The position numbers were made by a program, and so were the translations under genes. From contig CM075999.1 of the NCBI GenBank assembly GCA_038087875.1, positions 4,590,001 through 4,654,000 of the forward strand: a stretch of DNA of 64,000 bases, read 5' to 3'. Of this stretch, positions 22,711 to 35,182 are shown in pieces; position 1 is the stretch's first letter, and the number at the start of each line of letters is the position of its first letter. Under the pieces are notes generated by a model, which was not told where the DNA came from, ran no database searches, and was given only the letters and a program-made list of their open reading frames with translations. This DNA is from Malacoraja senta (lineage: Eukaryota).

Positions 22711-22870
22711 GTCTCTCTCCCCGCGCCGTTTCCAGAATGTTTCGCGACCAAGATGGCGGCAGCACTACGGCAGCGCTACGGAAGCCGAGTCGCGGCGCTG
22801 GTTGCGGTTGCGCTTCGTTCAAAACATGGGTCCGGTTGAAGTGATCGGACCCAGAGCGGGAATAAAACAC
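22711..22870 (-). promoter_or_regulatory. CpG-rich KPNA6 5' UTR and core promoter with YY1-like and ETS-like motifs
   Basis: Dense CpG; CAAGATGGCGGC (YY1 consensus) at 22749-22760; CGGAAG at 22779-22784. Confidence 0.7.
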
Positions 22871-23129
22871 ACCCAACACCAGTTTTCATGTTTTATATTG
22901 GACTTTTATGCTAAATAAATAACAACGTTGACAATTGCATAAATCAATGTTCAGAGACCGTGGGTATAAACGGATGACACGAATGGATGGATGTTTTGTG
23001 TTTGGACTTTGAGACAACCTTGGATAAGATGCTAGACTGGAGATTAAGTCACTTCGGTGACCAGGTCGAGAACAGTGAAAAGAAAGAGGGGAGCTGCAGT
23101 TGCCCCCCTCCCTTCTAGATCACAGGTGA

Positions 23130-23960
23130 GATTCTACCAGTCACATGTTCTGCAATTGCCGGTGATTCATCCCCACTCATTTCTTTCCTTCCCCCCACCC
23201 CAAACTTTCTGCTTTCCGCAGAGACCACTTTCTCCGAAATTCCCTCATTCCCCACTCATCCCTCACAACACACCCCATCCCTTCTCTAGGCACATTCCCC
23301 TGCAACCAACATTTGTCCCCATCCAGCCAACCTTCCCAGGTTAGACAGAGATTTACGTGCAGCTCCTCCAACTCATCTACTAGATTCAGTGTCCTAGATG
23401 GCCCCTCTACATCAGTGAGATGAAGGGCAGTCCAGACAACTGCTTTGCTGGGCACCTACACTGTTTTGGCCACCTAGAGAATTCATCTTCTCCACACCGA
23501 CCTGACAGTTCTCAGCCTCCTCCCGTGCTTGTCCAAGGCCAAATACAAATTAGAACCTCATATTGTTGCACCTCATATTCAGTCGAGGTGATGAAGGCAT
23601 GAATATTGAATTCTCCAATTTCAAGTAACCAGCTCCCCTTCTACCCCTTGCTCTCTCCTCCCATACGCTCTGGTCTTCTCACATACATTCTTTTTCCAAC
23701 CCCCCCATCACCAAGTTTTCACCCCTCACCCCCTATGCCATCTGCCCATCACTGACACACTTCATCCACTGGCTTTCCTATCTTCCTCCCTCCCTTGTTT
23801 GATTCCATTTTCGATCAGATTTAATGGTTCCATAATCTGCAGCCCTTTAATCTCCAATTATGCTCCCGGAGCCTCGTACGATCTTCACGCTTGGACACCA
23901 TCTGCCAATCAACCCTCTGCATCTGGATCCACCAGATATGTCTCGTGCCACAGGGATCAG
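23130..23960 (+). mobile_element. Decayed Penelope-like element, GIY-YIG endonuclease region
   Basis: Around 23330-23470 the decayed reading is QVRQRFTCSSSN..Y.IQCP....LYISE.K....CFAGHL, the NxIY...C...YIGET pattern of PLE GIY-YIG; followed by a C/T-rich 3' region. Confidence 0.7.
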
Positions 23961-25500
23961 GGCTGGAATTCCAGTAGTTCACAATATATAATCATTACTT
24001 ACCGATCAGTGAAAGGCTTAGATAGAGTGGATGTGGAGAGGATGTTTCCACTAATGGAGAGCCTAAGACCAGAGGTCATAGCTTCAGAATTAAAAGACGT
24101 TCCTTTTAGAAGGAGATGAGGAGGAATTTCTTTAGTCAAAGAAAGGCAAATTTGTGTAATTATTTGCGATAGAAGACTGTAAAAGCCAAGTCAATGGCTA
24201 TTTGAAGGCAGAGATAGATTCTTGATTAGTATGGCTGTCAGGGGTTATGTGGGAAAGGCAGGATGGGGTGAGGAGGGAAAGAGAGATAGCCATTATTGAA
24301 ACGGCGTAGACTGGATGGGCCAAATGGCCGAATTCTGCTCCTATCATTTATGACCTTATGATTTTGATGAGGGCACCAAATATAGCACATCTAGGTTTGC
24401 TGATGATACTCAGGTGAAGACAGTGTAACTTGTGGGAATGATGTAGAGGCTTCAAGAACACAGACAGGGTCAGTTAGTTGAAAATGATACAGTAATTCAA
24501 GAAAATATTGTAAGAAAGGCTACCCATCTTGTGAGAAAAAGTATTTCTTCAAATGATGACAAATTGGAAGATTTTGGGTTTCAGAGGAGCTCAAGTGTCT
24601 TAGCCCAGGAAACATCACAAATTAACAGGTTAAGGAAGCAATTAAGAAGGCAAATAGTACATTGGCTTCATCACAAAAGGATTTGCAGACAAACATAAAG
24701 ATGTCATTCTCAAACGATATTGGTCCAAAGAGATTACACTTGAAATAGTTATGTCTGGTCCTGCTACCCAAGATGAGATATGCTTGCAATAGAGGGAGTG
24801 TAATGAGGTTACTGGACAGATTGCTGGATGGAGAGTGGCTGCAAGAGAGGTTAGAGACCACGCGTTTACTCTCTAAGTTAACGTGAACCAGAGGTGATCA
24901 CATTGAAACACACAAATTCCAAACAGGCTCAAAAGAGCAGATGCAGTGTTGGCATATCAAGAATAAAGGGCCGCAAACCAAAAATAAGCCATGAAGATTT
25001 TCAGCACCGTTTCCAAAGTTTCCTCATCCTTCCTATAATGGGATGACCAGAACTACATAATACTCCAAATGTGGCTGAACCAAAATCCTATAAAATCAAC
25101 ATGACTTTGTCTTGTGTACTCAATGTCTGAGCAATAAATTCAAGCATTCTGTATGCCTTCCTTACCACTATTTACTTGTGTTACCACTTCCGGGGAGCTA
25201 TGAACTTCAATTCCAAGATCCCTCTGTACATCAATGATGTTAAGGGTCCTGTCAATAACGGTATACTTTCCCCTTACATCAACCTCCCTAAAATGCAACA
25301 CCTCACGTTCAGCTTAAAATCCATCTGCCATTTCTCTGCCAATTTCTGTGGGAGCTATTCCTCAACACATTTGACAACCTTCCTCACTGTCCGTACTTCA
25401 ATTGTGGTGTCATCTTCAAACTGACTAACCATCTACATTTACATCCATGTAATTTATACAATGCCATCCATAATGTGTGGGTCATAGACCCATCATTTAT

Positions 25501-25588
25501 CTGAAGAAGGTTTCGGCCCGAAATGTTGGCTATTTCTTCGCTCCAGAGATGCTGCCGCACCCGCTGAGTTTCTCCAGCACATTTGTCT
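25501..25588 (+). mobile_element. PLE-derived hammerhead-type insert in the left Tc1 TIR
   Basis: 13-bp TSD acccatcatttat at 25488-25500 and 25589-25601; starts CTGAAGAAGGTTTCGGCCCGAAA. Confidence 0.8.
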
Positions 25589-26909
25589 ACCCATCATTTA
25601 TTTATTTGCCTCTGACTACCACAATTTCAGATTTGTAATAGAAAAAAAATCACATGTGGTTTAAGTGCATTGTCAGATTTTATTAAAGGTTATTTTTACA
25701 CATTTTGGTTTCACCATGTAGAAATTACAGCAGTATTTATACATAGTCTCCTCTCCCCCTCCCCTTTCAGGGCAACATAATGTTCGGGACACATGGCTTC
25801 ACAGGCATTTGTAATTGCTCAGGTGTGTTTAATTGCCTCCTTAATGCTGGTAAAAAAAGAGTTCTCAGCACCCAGTCTTTCCATCACCTTTGGAAACTTT
25901 TATTGATGTTTATCAACATGAGGACCAAAAAGTTGTGCCAATGAAATTCAAAGAAGCCATTATGAGACTGAGAAACAAGAATAAAACTGTTAGACATTAA
26001 CCAGACCTTTGGCTTCCCAAAATCAACTGTTTGGAACATCATTAAGAAGAAAGAGCACTGGTGAGCTTAACTAATCGCAAAGGACTGGCAGGCCAAGGAA
26101 GACCTCCACCGCTGATGACAGAAAAAAATCTCTATAATAAAGAAGATCCCCAAACACCTGTCCGACAGATCAGAAACACTTTTCAGGAGTGGACTTGTCA
26201 ATGACCACTGTCCTTAGAAGAGTTCACGAACAGAAATACAGAGGCTACACTACAAGATGCAAACCACTGGTTAGCTGCAAAAATAGGATGGCCAAGTTAG
26301 TTTGCCAAGAAGTACTTAAAAGAGCAACCACAGTTCTGGAAAAAGGTCTTGTGGATAGATGAGACTAAGATTAACTTATATCAGAGTGATGGCAAGAGCA
26401 AGTATAGAGGAGGAAAGAACTGCCCAAGATCCAAAGCATACCATCTCATCTGTGAAACACGGTAGTGGGGTGTTATGGCCTGGTCATGTATGGCTGCTGA
26501 AGGTACCGGCTCACCTATCTTCATTGATGATATAACTGCTGATGGTAGTAGCATAATGAATTCAGAAGTGTATAGACGCATCCTATCTGCTCAAGTTCAA
26601 ACAAATGCCTCAAAACTCATTGGCTGGCAGTTCATTCTACAGCAAGACAATGATCCCATACTGCTAAGGATATGCAACAAAATACTAAACATGACTACTT
26701 TCATTTACACGACATTGCTGTGTCCCAAACATTATGGTGTCCTCAAATGGGGGGTCTATGTATAGGCACAGCTGTAATTTCTACATGGTGAAACCAAAAT
26801 GTATAAAAATACCCCTTAATAAAATCTGACAATGTGCACTTTAATCACACGTGATTTTTTTTCTATTACAAATCTCAAATTGTGGAGTACAGAGGCAAAT
26901 AAATAAATG

Positions 26910-27002
26910 TCTGAAGAAGGGTTTCGGCCCGAAACGTTGCCTATTTCTTCGCTCCATAGATGCTGCAGCACCCCTGAGTTTCTCCAGTATTTTTGTGTAC
27001 CT
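26910..27002 (+). mobile_element. PLE-derived hammerhead-type insert in the right Tc1 TIR
   Basis: 15-bp TSD gcaaataaataaatg at 26895-26909 and 27003-27017; CTGAAGA-A-GGGT-TTCG-GCCC-GAAAC-GTT. Confidence 0.8.
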
Positions 27003-27511
27003 GCAAATAAATAAATGATGGGTCTTTGTCCCCAACATTGAGGACACTGTACAAATCACAAACAACAGAGGTTCCACCACAGATCCCTGCAAAACACCAC
27101 TGGCCACAGACATCCAGCCGGAATAATACTTTTCACCAAAACTTTGTCTTCTATGGGTAAAACAGACCAAAATAATACCAGAGCCATACAGCATGGAGAC
27201 AGACTCTCCAGTTATCTTGCCATGTCGACATAGATGCCCCATTTACACTAGTCCCATTTGCCCTAAACCTTTCTATCCACGTAACTGTCCAAATTTGCAG
27301 TAATATGTATCAGAATAACTATCTGGAGGTAGAAAACAAGAGTTGAAAACATGCAGGAGGTCGTGCAGCAATGTAAAGAGAACTCAGAATTCTCTCTTTT
27401 CACTATGTTCCCTGACCTGCCAAATGTTTTTCATACTTTGTTTTTACTTCAGGTTCCAACATAAGCAGTTTTTTTCTCATGGTCAATGCTAGAATGAGCA
27501 GATCAGCAGAG

Positions 27512-27517
27512 TTTATT
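27512..27517 (-). terminator. Candidate TMEM39B polyadenylation signal AATAAA
   Basis: tttatt on plus, about 170 nt after the stop codon; ATTAAA alternatives near 27602 and 27652. Confidence 0.4.
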
Positions 27518-27684
27518 GACAAGCAGAGCAAGCTTAATTTCTTTTTCAGAAAGTCAGTAGACACAAAGATCAAAGAATGGCTGTTTGACATACAAAAATA
27601 TTTTAATGCAAGTTACACAAAACTGTAACAAAAAATACAAAGCTTGATCGTTTTAATAGACATTGTGGGATAAGGGGCAACAAT

Positions 27685-27948
<264 letters not shown>

Positions 27949-28960
27949 TTACTCAACAGACACATGTACAGCAAACTTCAGTCCTGCTATATATTTTTGT
28001 TTTTTGAATGAACGCATCATTTAGTAGCATTGGTGCAAGCAGTAAATTTGCAGCATGCATAACGAACATAACAGACAAAAATGAGCAGAAATATTACGTT
28101 ATGATTGATTGATTGAATATTTTATTGTCACATGTGAAATCACAGCGAAATTCTTTGCTTGCAAAGGTTTGCAATAGTCGCCACATAAAGGGTGCTGACA
28201 AAGTTAAAATATCCCACACCAGGTTCTTCTTTGTTGCCCTCTCCCAGCTGTCCCCCCACTCCGGATCCCCATTGTTCTCCCCCCTCCCTCCCGGCGGTCC
28301 CGCCCCACACCGGGTCGTAAAGAAGCCCAAAAAAGGTTATGACACTAATTTTGGCCTAATTTGAATAGGAACAGAACCATTCTTGTCCAGCTGAGATCCC
28401 ACAATCACACCTGCTGACCACACATGCCTCCAGCTGGAGATCCTTATGTAGTTCTATTCATCACACTTTTAGGAAAGATATGATTGTGCAGGAGAGGGTG
28501 GTGAGGAGATTCACCAGGATGGTGTCTGGGATGGAGGAGGGAATGGAGAGACTGGGTCTGTTTTCAGGTACGAGGAGGGAATGGAGAGACTGGGTCAGTT
28601 TTCCCTTGAGGAGATTCAGAGGGGACATGGATTGTTACACAAAATCATCAGGGGTATAGCTAAGGTGGAATGCAAGACATTTTCCCCATATCAGAGATAC
28701 ATAAAATCACAGGACATAGGTTTAACATAAGGGGCAAGAGATTTGTAGTGAATCTGAGGGGGATCTTCTTCACCCAGAGTGGTGAGTACCAGAAATACAC
28801 TGAAAAACTAATGGATGCAGAGTTGCTGACGGTATATAATAGTCACAGTCATATAGCGTGGAAGCAGCCCCTTCGGCCCAATTTACCCACGCTGACCAAC
28901 TTGCCCCACCTGCAACTGGTCCCACCTACCATATCCCTTCAAACCTTTCCTATCCATGTA

Positions 28961-30539
28961 CAGTGCCCTCCATGTTTGGGACAAAGACCCATCATTTATT
29001 TATATGCCTCTGTACTCCACAATTTGAGATTTGTAATAGAAAAAAACATATGTGGTTAAAGTGCACATTGTCAGATTTAAATATAGGCCATTTTTATACA
29101 ATTTGGTTTCACCATGTGGAAATTACAGCAGTGTTTATGCATAGCCGCCCCCCCCCCCCCGCCATTTCAGGGCACCATAATGTTTGGGACACAGCAATGT
29201 CATGTAAATGAAAGTAGTTATGTTTAATATTTTGATGTGTAACCTTTGCATGCAATGACTGCTTGAAGTCTGCGATTCATGGACATCACCAGTTGCTGGG
29301 TGTCTTCTCTGGTGATGCGCTGCCAGGCCTGTATTGTAACCATCTTTAGCTTATGCTTGATTTGGGGACTAGACCCTTCAGTTTTCTCTTCAGCATATAA
29401 AAGGCATGCTTAATTGGGTTCAGATCGGGTGATTACTTGGCCACTCAATTATTGACCATTTTCTAAGCTTTGAAAAACTCCTTTGTTGTTTTATCAGTAT
29501 GTTTGGGATCATTGTCTTGCTGTAGAATGAACCACCGGCCAATGAGTTTTGAGGCATTTGTTTGAACTTGAGCAGATAGGATGTGTCTATACACTTCAGA
29601 ATTCATTATGCTACCACCATCAGAAGTTGTATCATCAATGAAGACAAGTGAGCCAGTACCTTCAGCAGTCATACATGCCCAGGCCATAACACCCCCACCA
29701 CTGTGTTTCACAGATGAGGTGGTATGCTTTGGTTCTTGGGCAGTTCCTTCTCTCCTCCATACTTTGCTCTTGCCATCACTCTGATATGTTAATCTTTGTC
29801 TCATCTGTCCACAAGACCTTTTTCCAGATCTGTGGTTGCTCTTTTAAGTATTTCTTGGCAAACTGTAACCTAGCCATCCTATTTTTGCAGCTAACCAGTG
29901 GTTTGCACCTGACTCCTGAAGAGTGTTTCTGATCTGTCGGATAAGTGTTTGGGGATTTTTCTTTATTATAGAGAGAATTCTTCTGTCATCAGCTATCTTC
30001 CTTAGCCTGCCAGTCCCTTTGCGATTAGTAAGCTCACCAGTGCTCTCTTTCTTCTTAATGATGTTCAAAACACTTGATTTTGGTAAGCCTAAGGTTTGGC
30101 TGATGTCTGTTACAGTTTTATTCTTGTTTCTCAGTCTCATAATGGCTTCTTTGACTTTCATTGGCACAACTTTAGTCCTCGTGTTTATAAACAGCAATAA
30201 GTTTCCAAAGGTGATAGAAAGACTGGAGGAAAGACTAGTTGCTGAGAGCCCTCTTATACCTGCATTAAGGAGGCAATTAAACGCACCTGAGCATTTACAA
30301 ATGCTTGTGAAGCCATGTGTCCCAAACATTATGGTGCCCTGAAATGGAGGAACTATGTATTAATACTGCTGTAATTTCTACATGTTGAAACCAAAATGTA
30401 TAAAAATGGCCTTTATTAAAATCTGACAATGTGCACTTTAACCACATATGATTTTTTCTATTACAAATCTCAAATTGTGGAGTACGGAGCCAAATAAATA
30501 AATGATGGGTCTTTGTCCCAAACATTATGGAGGGCACTG
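28961..30539 (-). mobile_element. Tc1-family DNA transposon (same family as 25459-27049), defective
   Basis: TA TSD at 28959-60 and 30540-41 inside a CR1 tail. TIRs cagtgccctc.../...gagggcactg with inner cataatgtttgggacac repeats. HTH region KVKEAIMRLRNK...GLPKSSV and catalytic region VKHSGGGVMAWACM...QQDNDPKHT...PDLNPI. Confidence 0.92.
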
Positions 30540-31440
30540 TACCTGTCCAAAAGTTTCTTAAGCATTCTGATAAAACCTGCCTTAACCACCACCTCTGGCA
30601 GCTCATTCCATACAACAATCATCTTTGTGCGAAAAAAGTTGCTTCTCATGTTCCTGTTAAATCTTTCCCCCCTCACCTTAAACCCATGTCCTCTGGTTCT
30701 TGATCCCCTTTACTAAGTAAAAGACTGTGCATTTACCCTATCTAATCCTCTCATCTCATAGATCCTCATCCTACAGCGCTCCAAGTCCTAGCCTGTTCAA
30801 CTTCTCCCTATCGTTCAGGCCCCGAGTCCTGGCAACACCCTCGTAACTCTTCTCTTCTACTCTTTCCAGCTTAACAACATCTTCCCTATAACAGGGTGAC
30901 GAGAACTGAACACAACTCTAAATGTGGCCTCACCAGTGTCCTGCAGCATGACCTCCGAACTTCTATACTCAGTACTCTGACATGAAGTTCAATGTGTAAA
31001 AAATCTTTTTGACCACCTGTGACGCTACTTTCAAAGAACTACGTACCTGCACTCCAAGATCCTTCTGCTCGATAACACTCCCCAAAGCTGCACCATTCAC
31101 GGTGTAGGTCCTGCCCTGGTTGCACATCCCAAAATGCAACACCTCATGCTTCGCTGTATTAAATTTCATCAACCATTTCTCAGCGCACCTGTCCAACAGA
31201 TCATGATCCTCTGCATTTTTCACAACCATCTTTGCTATCTACAATACCACCCACTTTAGTGTCATCTGCAAAATTACTAGTCATGCCTTGATCCAAATCT
31301 CATTCAAATCATTGATACAGATGACAAACAGAAATGGTCTTAGCACAAACCTGAGGCACATCACCAGTCAGTTATTAGTCACAGGCCTAACCCTAACTTC
31401 CATCATCACCCTGTTTCCTTCCAGGAAGACAATTTTCTAG
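30540..31440 (-). mobile_element. CR1 3' fragment, host of the Tc1
   Basis: WLMKFNTAKHEVLHFG and RGERFNRNMRSNFF...WNELPE. Confidence 0.7.
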
Positions 31441-34244
31441 ACAAGACAAGCGCCTGAGTATAGGCCATGGGCCAACTCTGGATGTAGCGGGTGACTACTG
31501 GTTGGTGCGGGTATGGTGGACTTAATGGACAATTTCCATGCTCTATCAGTCAGTTGGATGTGGAGGTTTTACCTCAGTCATCTCCATTCATAATCCATTG
31601 CTTTGGTCTGGACTTCAACTATGCCTCAGAAGCTTAGAAAGGAGACAAAATGTAGAAACAAGGAACTGCAGATGCTGGATTACAAAACCCCCCCAAAAGT
31701 ACTGGAGTAACTCAGCAAGTCAGGAAGCATCCCCCCAGAACATGGATAGGTGACAGAACAGTACAGCACAGGAAGAGGTCCTTTGGCCCACAATGTTTGT
31801 ACGGAATATATTGCAGTTAAACTGATCTCATCTGTCTATACATGACCCAGATCCCTCTATTCCTTGCACTTTCATGTGCCTATCTAAAAGCGTCTTAGAA
31901 GCCACTATATCTGTCTTAATCACCACCCTTGGCAATACATTCCAGGACCCCCTCCCATCTGTGTAAAAAAAGTGTCCTGCACATCTCCATTCAATGTTTC
32001 CCCATACCTTATAGCTATGCCTTCTCATGTTGAACATTTCCATCCTGGGAAAATCTTTCCAACAATCTACCCTGGCTATGCTTCTTTTAATTTTATATAC
32101 TTATAGAGTCATACAGTGTACAAACAGGCCCTTTGGCACCAACATACTCATGCTGGCTAACCTGCCCATCTACATTAGTCCCACCTGTCTGAGTTTGGCC
32201 GATATCCTTCTCAACCAATCCTATCCATATAACGAAGATAAACACAAAATGCTGGAGTAACTCAGTGGGTCAGGCAGCATCTGAAGAAGGGTCCTGATCC
32301 GAAAAATCACCTATGCAGCTTCTCTAGGGATGCTGCCTGACTCACAGTGTTACTCCAGCATTGTGTGTTTTTCTTGGGTAAACTTGGATTGTTTTCTCTG
32401 GAACTTCGAAGCTTGAGGGGAGATATTTCCTTGAAAGTGATGTCACAGGTAGATAGTGTCACTAATCAAAAGGTGGTCAAAAAGGTTTTCGGCACATTTG
32501 CTTTCATCGGTCAGAGTGTTTAGTATTGAAGTTAGGAGATCATGTTATAGTTATACAGGACGTTGGTGAGACACAAATTGGAGTATTGTGTTCAGTTTTG
32601 GTCACCATGTTAAAGAAAGGATGTTGTCAAACAGGAGAGGGTGCAGAGATTTACACGGATGTTGCCAGGTCTCAAGGGCCTGAGTTATGGAGAGAGGTTG
32701 AACAGGATATTTTTTTTTCCTTGAAGCACAGTAGGATGAGGGGTGATCTTAGAGGTGTACAAAATCATGAGTGTAATAGATTGGGTAAACGCACAGCCTT
32801 TTGCCCAGAGTAGGGGAGTCGAGAACCAGAGCACATAGGATTAAGGTGAGGAGGGAAAGATTTAATATGAATCCGAGGAGTAACCTTTGTGGTGGAAGTA
32901 TGGGTGGTGGAATATGGAATGAGCTGCCTGAGGAGGTAGTTGAGACAAGTACTATTTCAACATTAAGAAACATTTAAGAAACACTTAGACAGCTATATGG
33001 ATAGTATAGGAAGGAACTGCCGGTGCTGGCTTGCACCAAGGAGACACAAAATGCTGCAGTAACTCAGCAGGACAAGCAGCATCTCCAGAGAGAAGGAATG
33101 GGTGATATTTCAAGTCAAGGCTCTTCTTCAGACCCTAATGAATGGTCTGAAAAAGGGTACACTGATCAGCATGCTGTTAGGTATACCAGATCCATTGTCG
33201 TGGAGACAGATTTCTAGACTGGAAGCCAGCAACAAGTGGCTTTGTACAGGGATCGACGCTGGGTCCACTATTGTTCAGTATTTATGTGAACTATTTGGAC
33301 GAGAATGTAGATAGCATGGTCAGTAACTTTGCAGATAACAATAAAATTGGTGACAATGAAAAGGTTTGTCTAAGATTGCAACCAGATTTTAATCATGTGG
33401 GCCAATGTGCCGCAAAATGGCAGGTGTAGATGGACGATGGCAGTTGGACAAGGTATTGGTGAGGCCACATTTGGAGTATTGTGTTCAGTTCTGGTCACCC
33501 TGATGTAGGAAAGCTGTTAAGCTGGAAAGAGTGCAGAGAAGATTTACAAGGATGTTACCAGGACCCATGGGATTGAGCCATGGGGAGAGGCTGGTCAGCC
33601 TAGTTATTTCTTGGAGTACAGGAGGATCAGGGGTGATCTTAGAGAGGTGTATAAGATGAGGGGATAGAGTAGATGCACAGAGTCTTTTATCCAGAGTAGG
33701 GGAATCAAGAACCAGAGGACATAGGTTTCAGGTGAGAAGGGGAAGATTTAATAGGAATCTGAGGGACTTCTTTTTCCACAGAATGCGGTGAGTATACAGA
33801 ATGAGCTGCCAGGAGGTAGTTGATGCATATACTGCAAGAACATTTAACAGACATTTGGTCAGGTACATGGACAGGAAAGGACATGACATGGAGTGTTGTT
33901 GGCCAAATGTAGGCAGGTTGACTAGTGTAGTGTTAGCAGTTTGGTCACCCTGGGCAAGCTTCTGTACTGTATGACTGACTTTTTGTCATTTAATTTAAAT
34001 CAGATAAATAAACATTTTAAAGATAGTTGGACTGGTACATGGATAGGAAAGGCTTGGAGGAATGTGGGCCAGGTGCAGGTAAAAGGGACTAGTTTGGTTA
34101 GGCAACTGGGTCAGCCTGCAGGTTCTGATTCAGTGCTTTGTGACAAAAAACATTTCACATTTTAAAATTAACACAAAGTAGGGAATTCTTAAAATCAAAT
34201 GATTGCAAATAGTTATAATAATAAAAAATTATCTTAGGATGCTA

Positions 34245-34418
<174 letters not shown>

Positions 34419-34966
34419 TTAAAATATATATTCAAAGTAAGAAATAACCAGCTTCTATTAGTCGCTATTCCAAACTTAAAGCCTTATTACTGATGTACGC
34501 CAGTAATCTAGGAATGCACAAAAATATTTGATTCATGAACTGCAGGATGGTGTTAATTCCACAATGCCTTCCTCCAAATTTCATGCAATACAACTTTCTT
34601 TGGGGTCGAGGGGGAAAGATAGATCAGCCATAATTGAAAGGCAGAGTAGACCTGATGGGCTGAATGTCCTTATTCTGCTCCTAGAACTTATGCTTTGCTG
34701 AAATTTAATAGGGTACATTAATAAAGTAATAAAAAATCATTTTCATCCTACATTGCTAGAAGACAGTCATTTTTTGGGGACAAAATCTTCAACTGTTTAA
34801 AGTAGACTGCATGGTAATGTGTTAATGGTTTTAGCATGACACTACATACTCAGATTAACAATACAAATCTGAATAAAAGACAAAAAGGTATGAACTTCAT
34901 CAATACTTTAAACAGAAACTTAGTAAAACCAAAGAATGCAGTGCTCGAGATTTTAAAAGTTACTTA

Positions 34967-35182
<216 letters not shown>

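Larger units (their letters stand above)
25459..27049 (+). mobile_element. Tc1-family DNA transposon (IR/DR type), defective, with a short PLE-derived insert in each TIR
   Basis: TA at 25457-58 and 27050-51; long TIRs caatgcc.../...acactg; transposase remnants VLWIDETKINLY and VMAWSCMAAEGTG...MNSEVYRRIL...QQDNDP. Confidence 0.9.

Noticed and set aside
22753..22839. Plus-strand AAGATGGCGGC as the start of a divergent gene (MAAALRQRYG...)
   Set aside because: The ORF is short, with no recognisable protein or downstream exons; better explained as a YY1 motif in the KPNA6 5' region.
19660..22844. Pro/His/Thr-rich and Gly/Arg/His-rich ORFs (VTMSTPCPHSPRDH / GRHGHG repeats)
   Set aside because: They are translations of the minisatellite, open on both strands with frames shuffled by unit-length variation; no coding signature.
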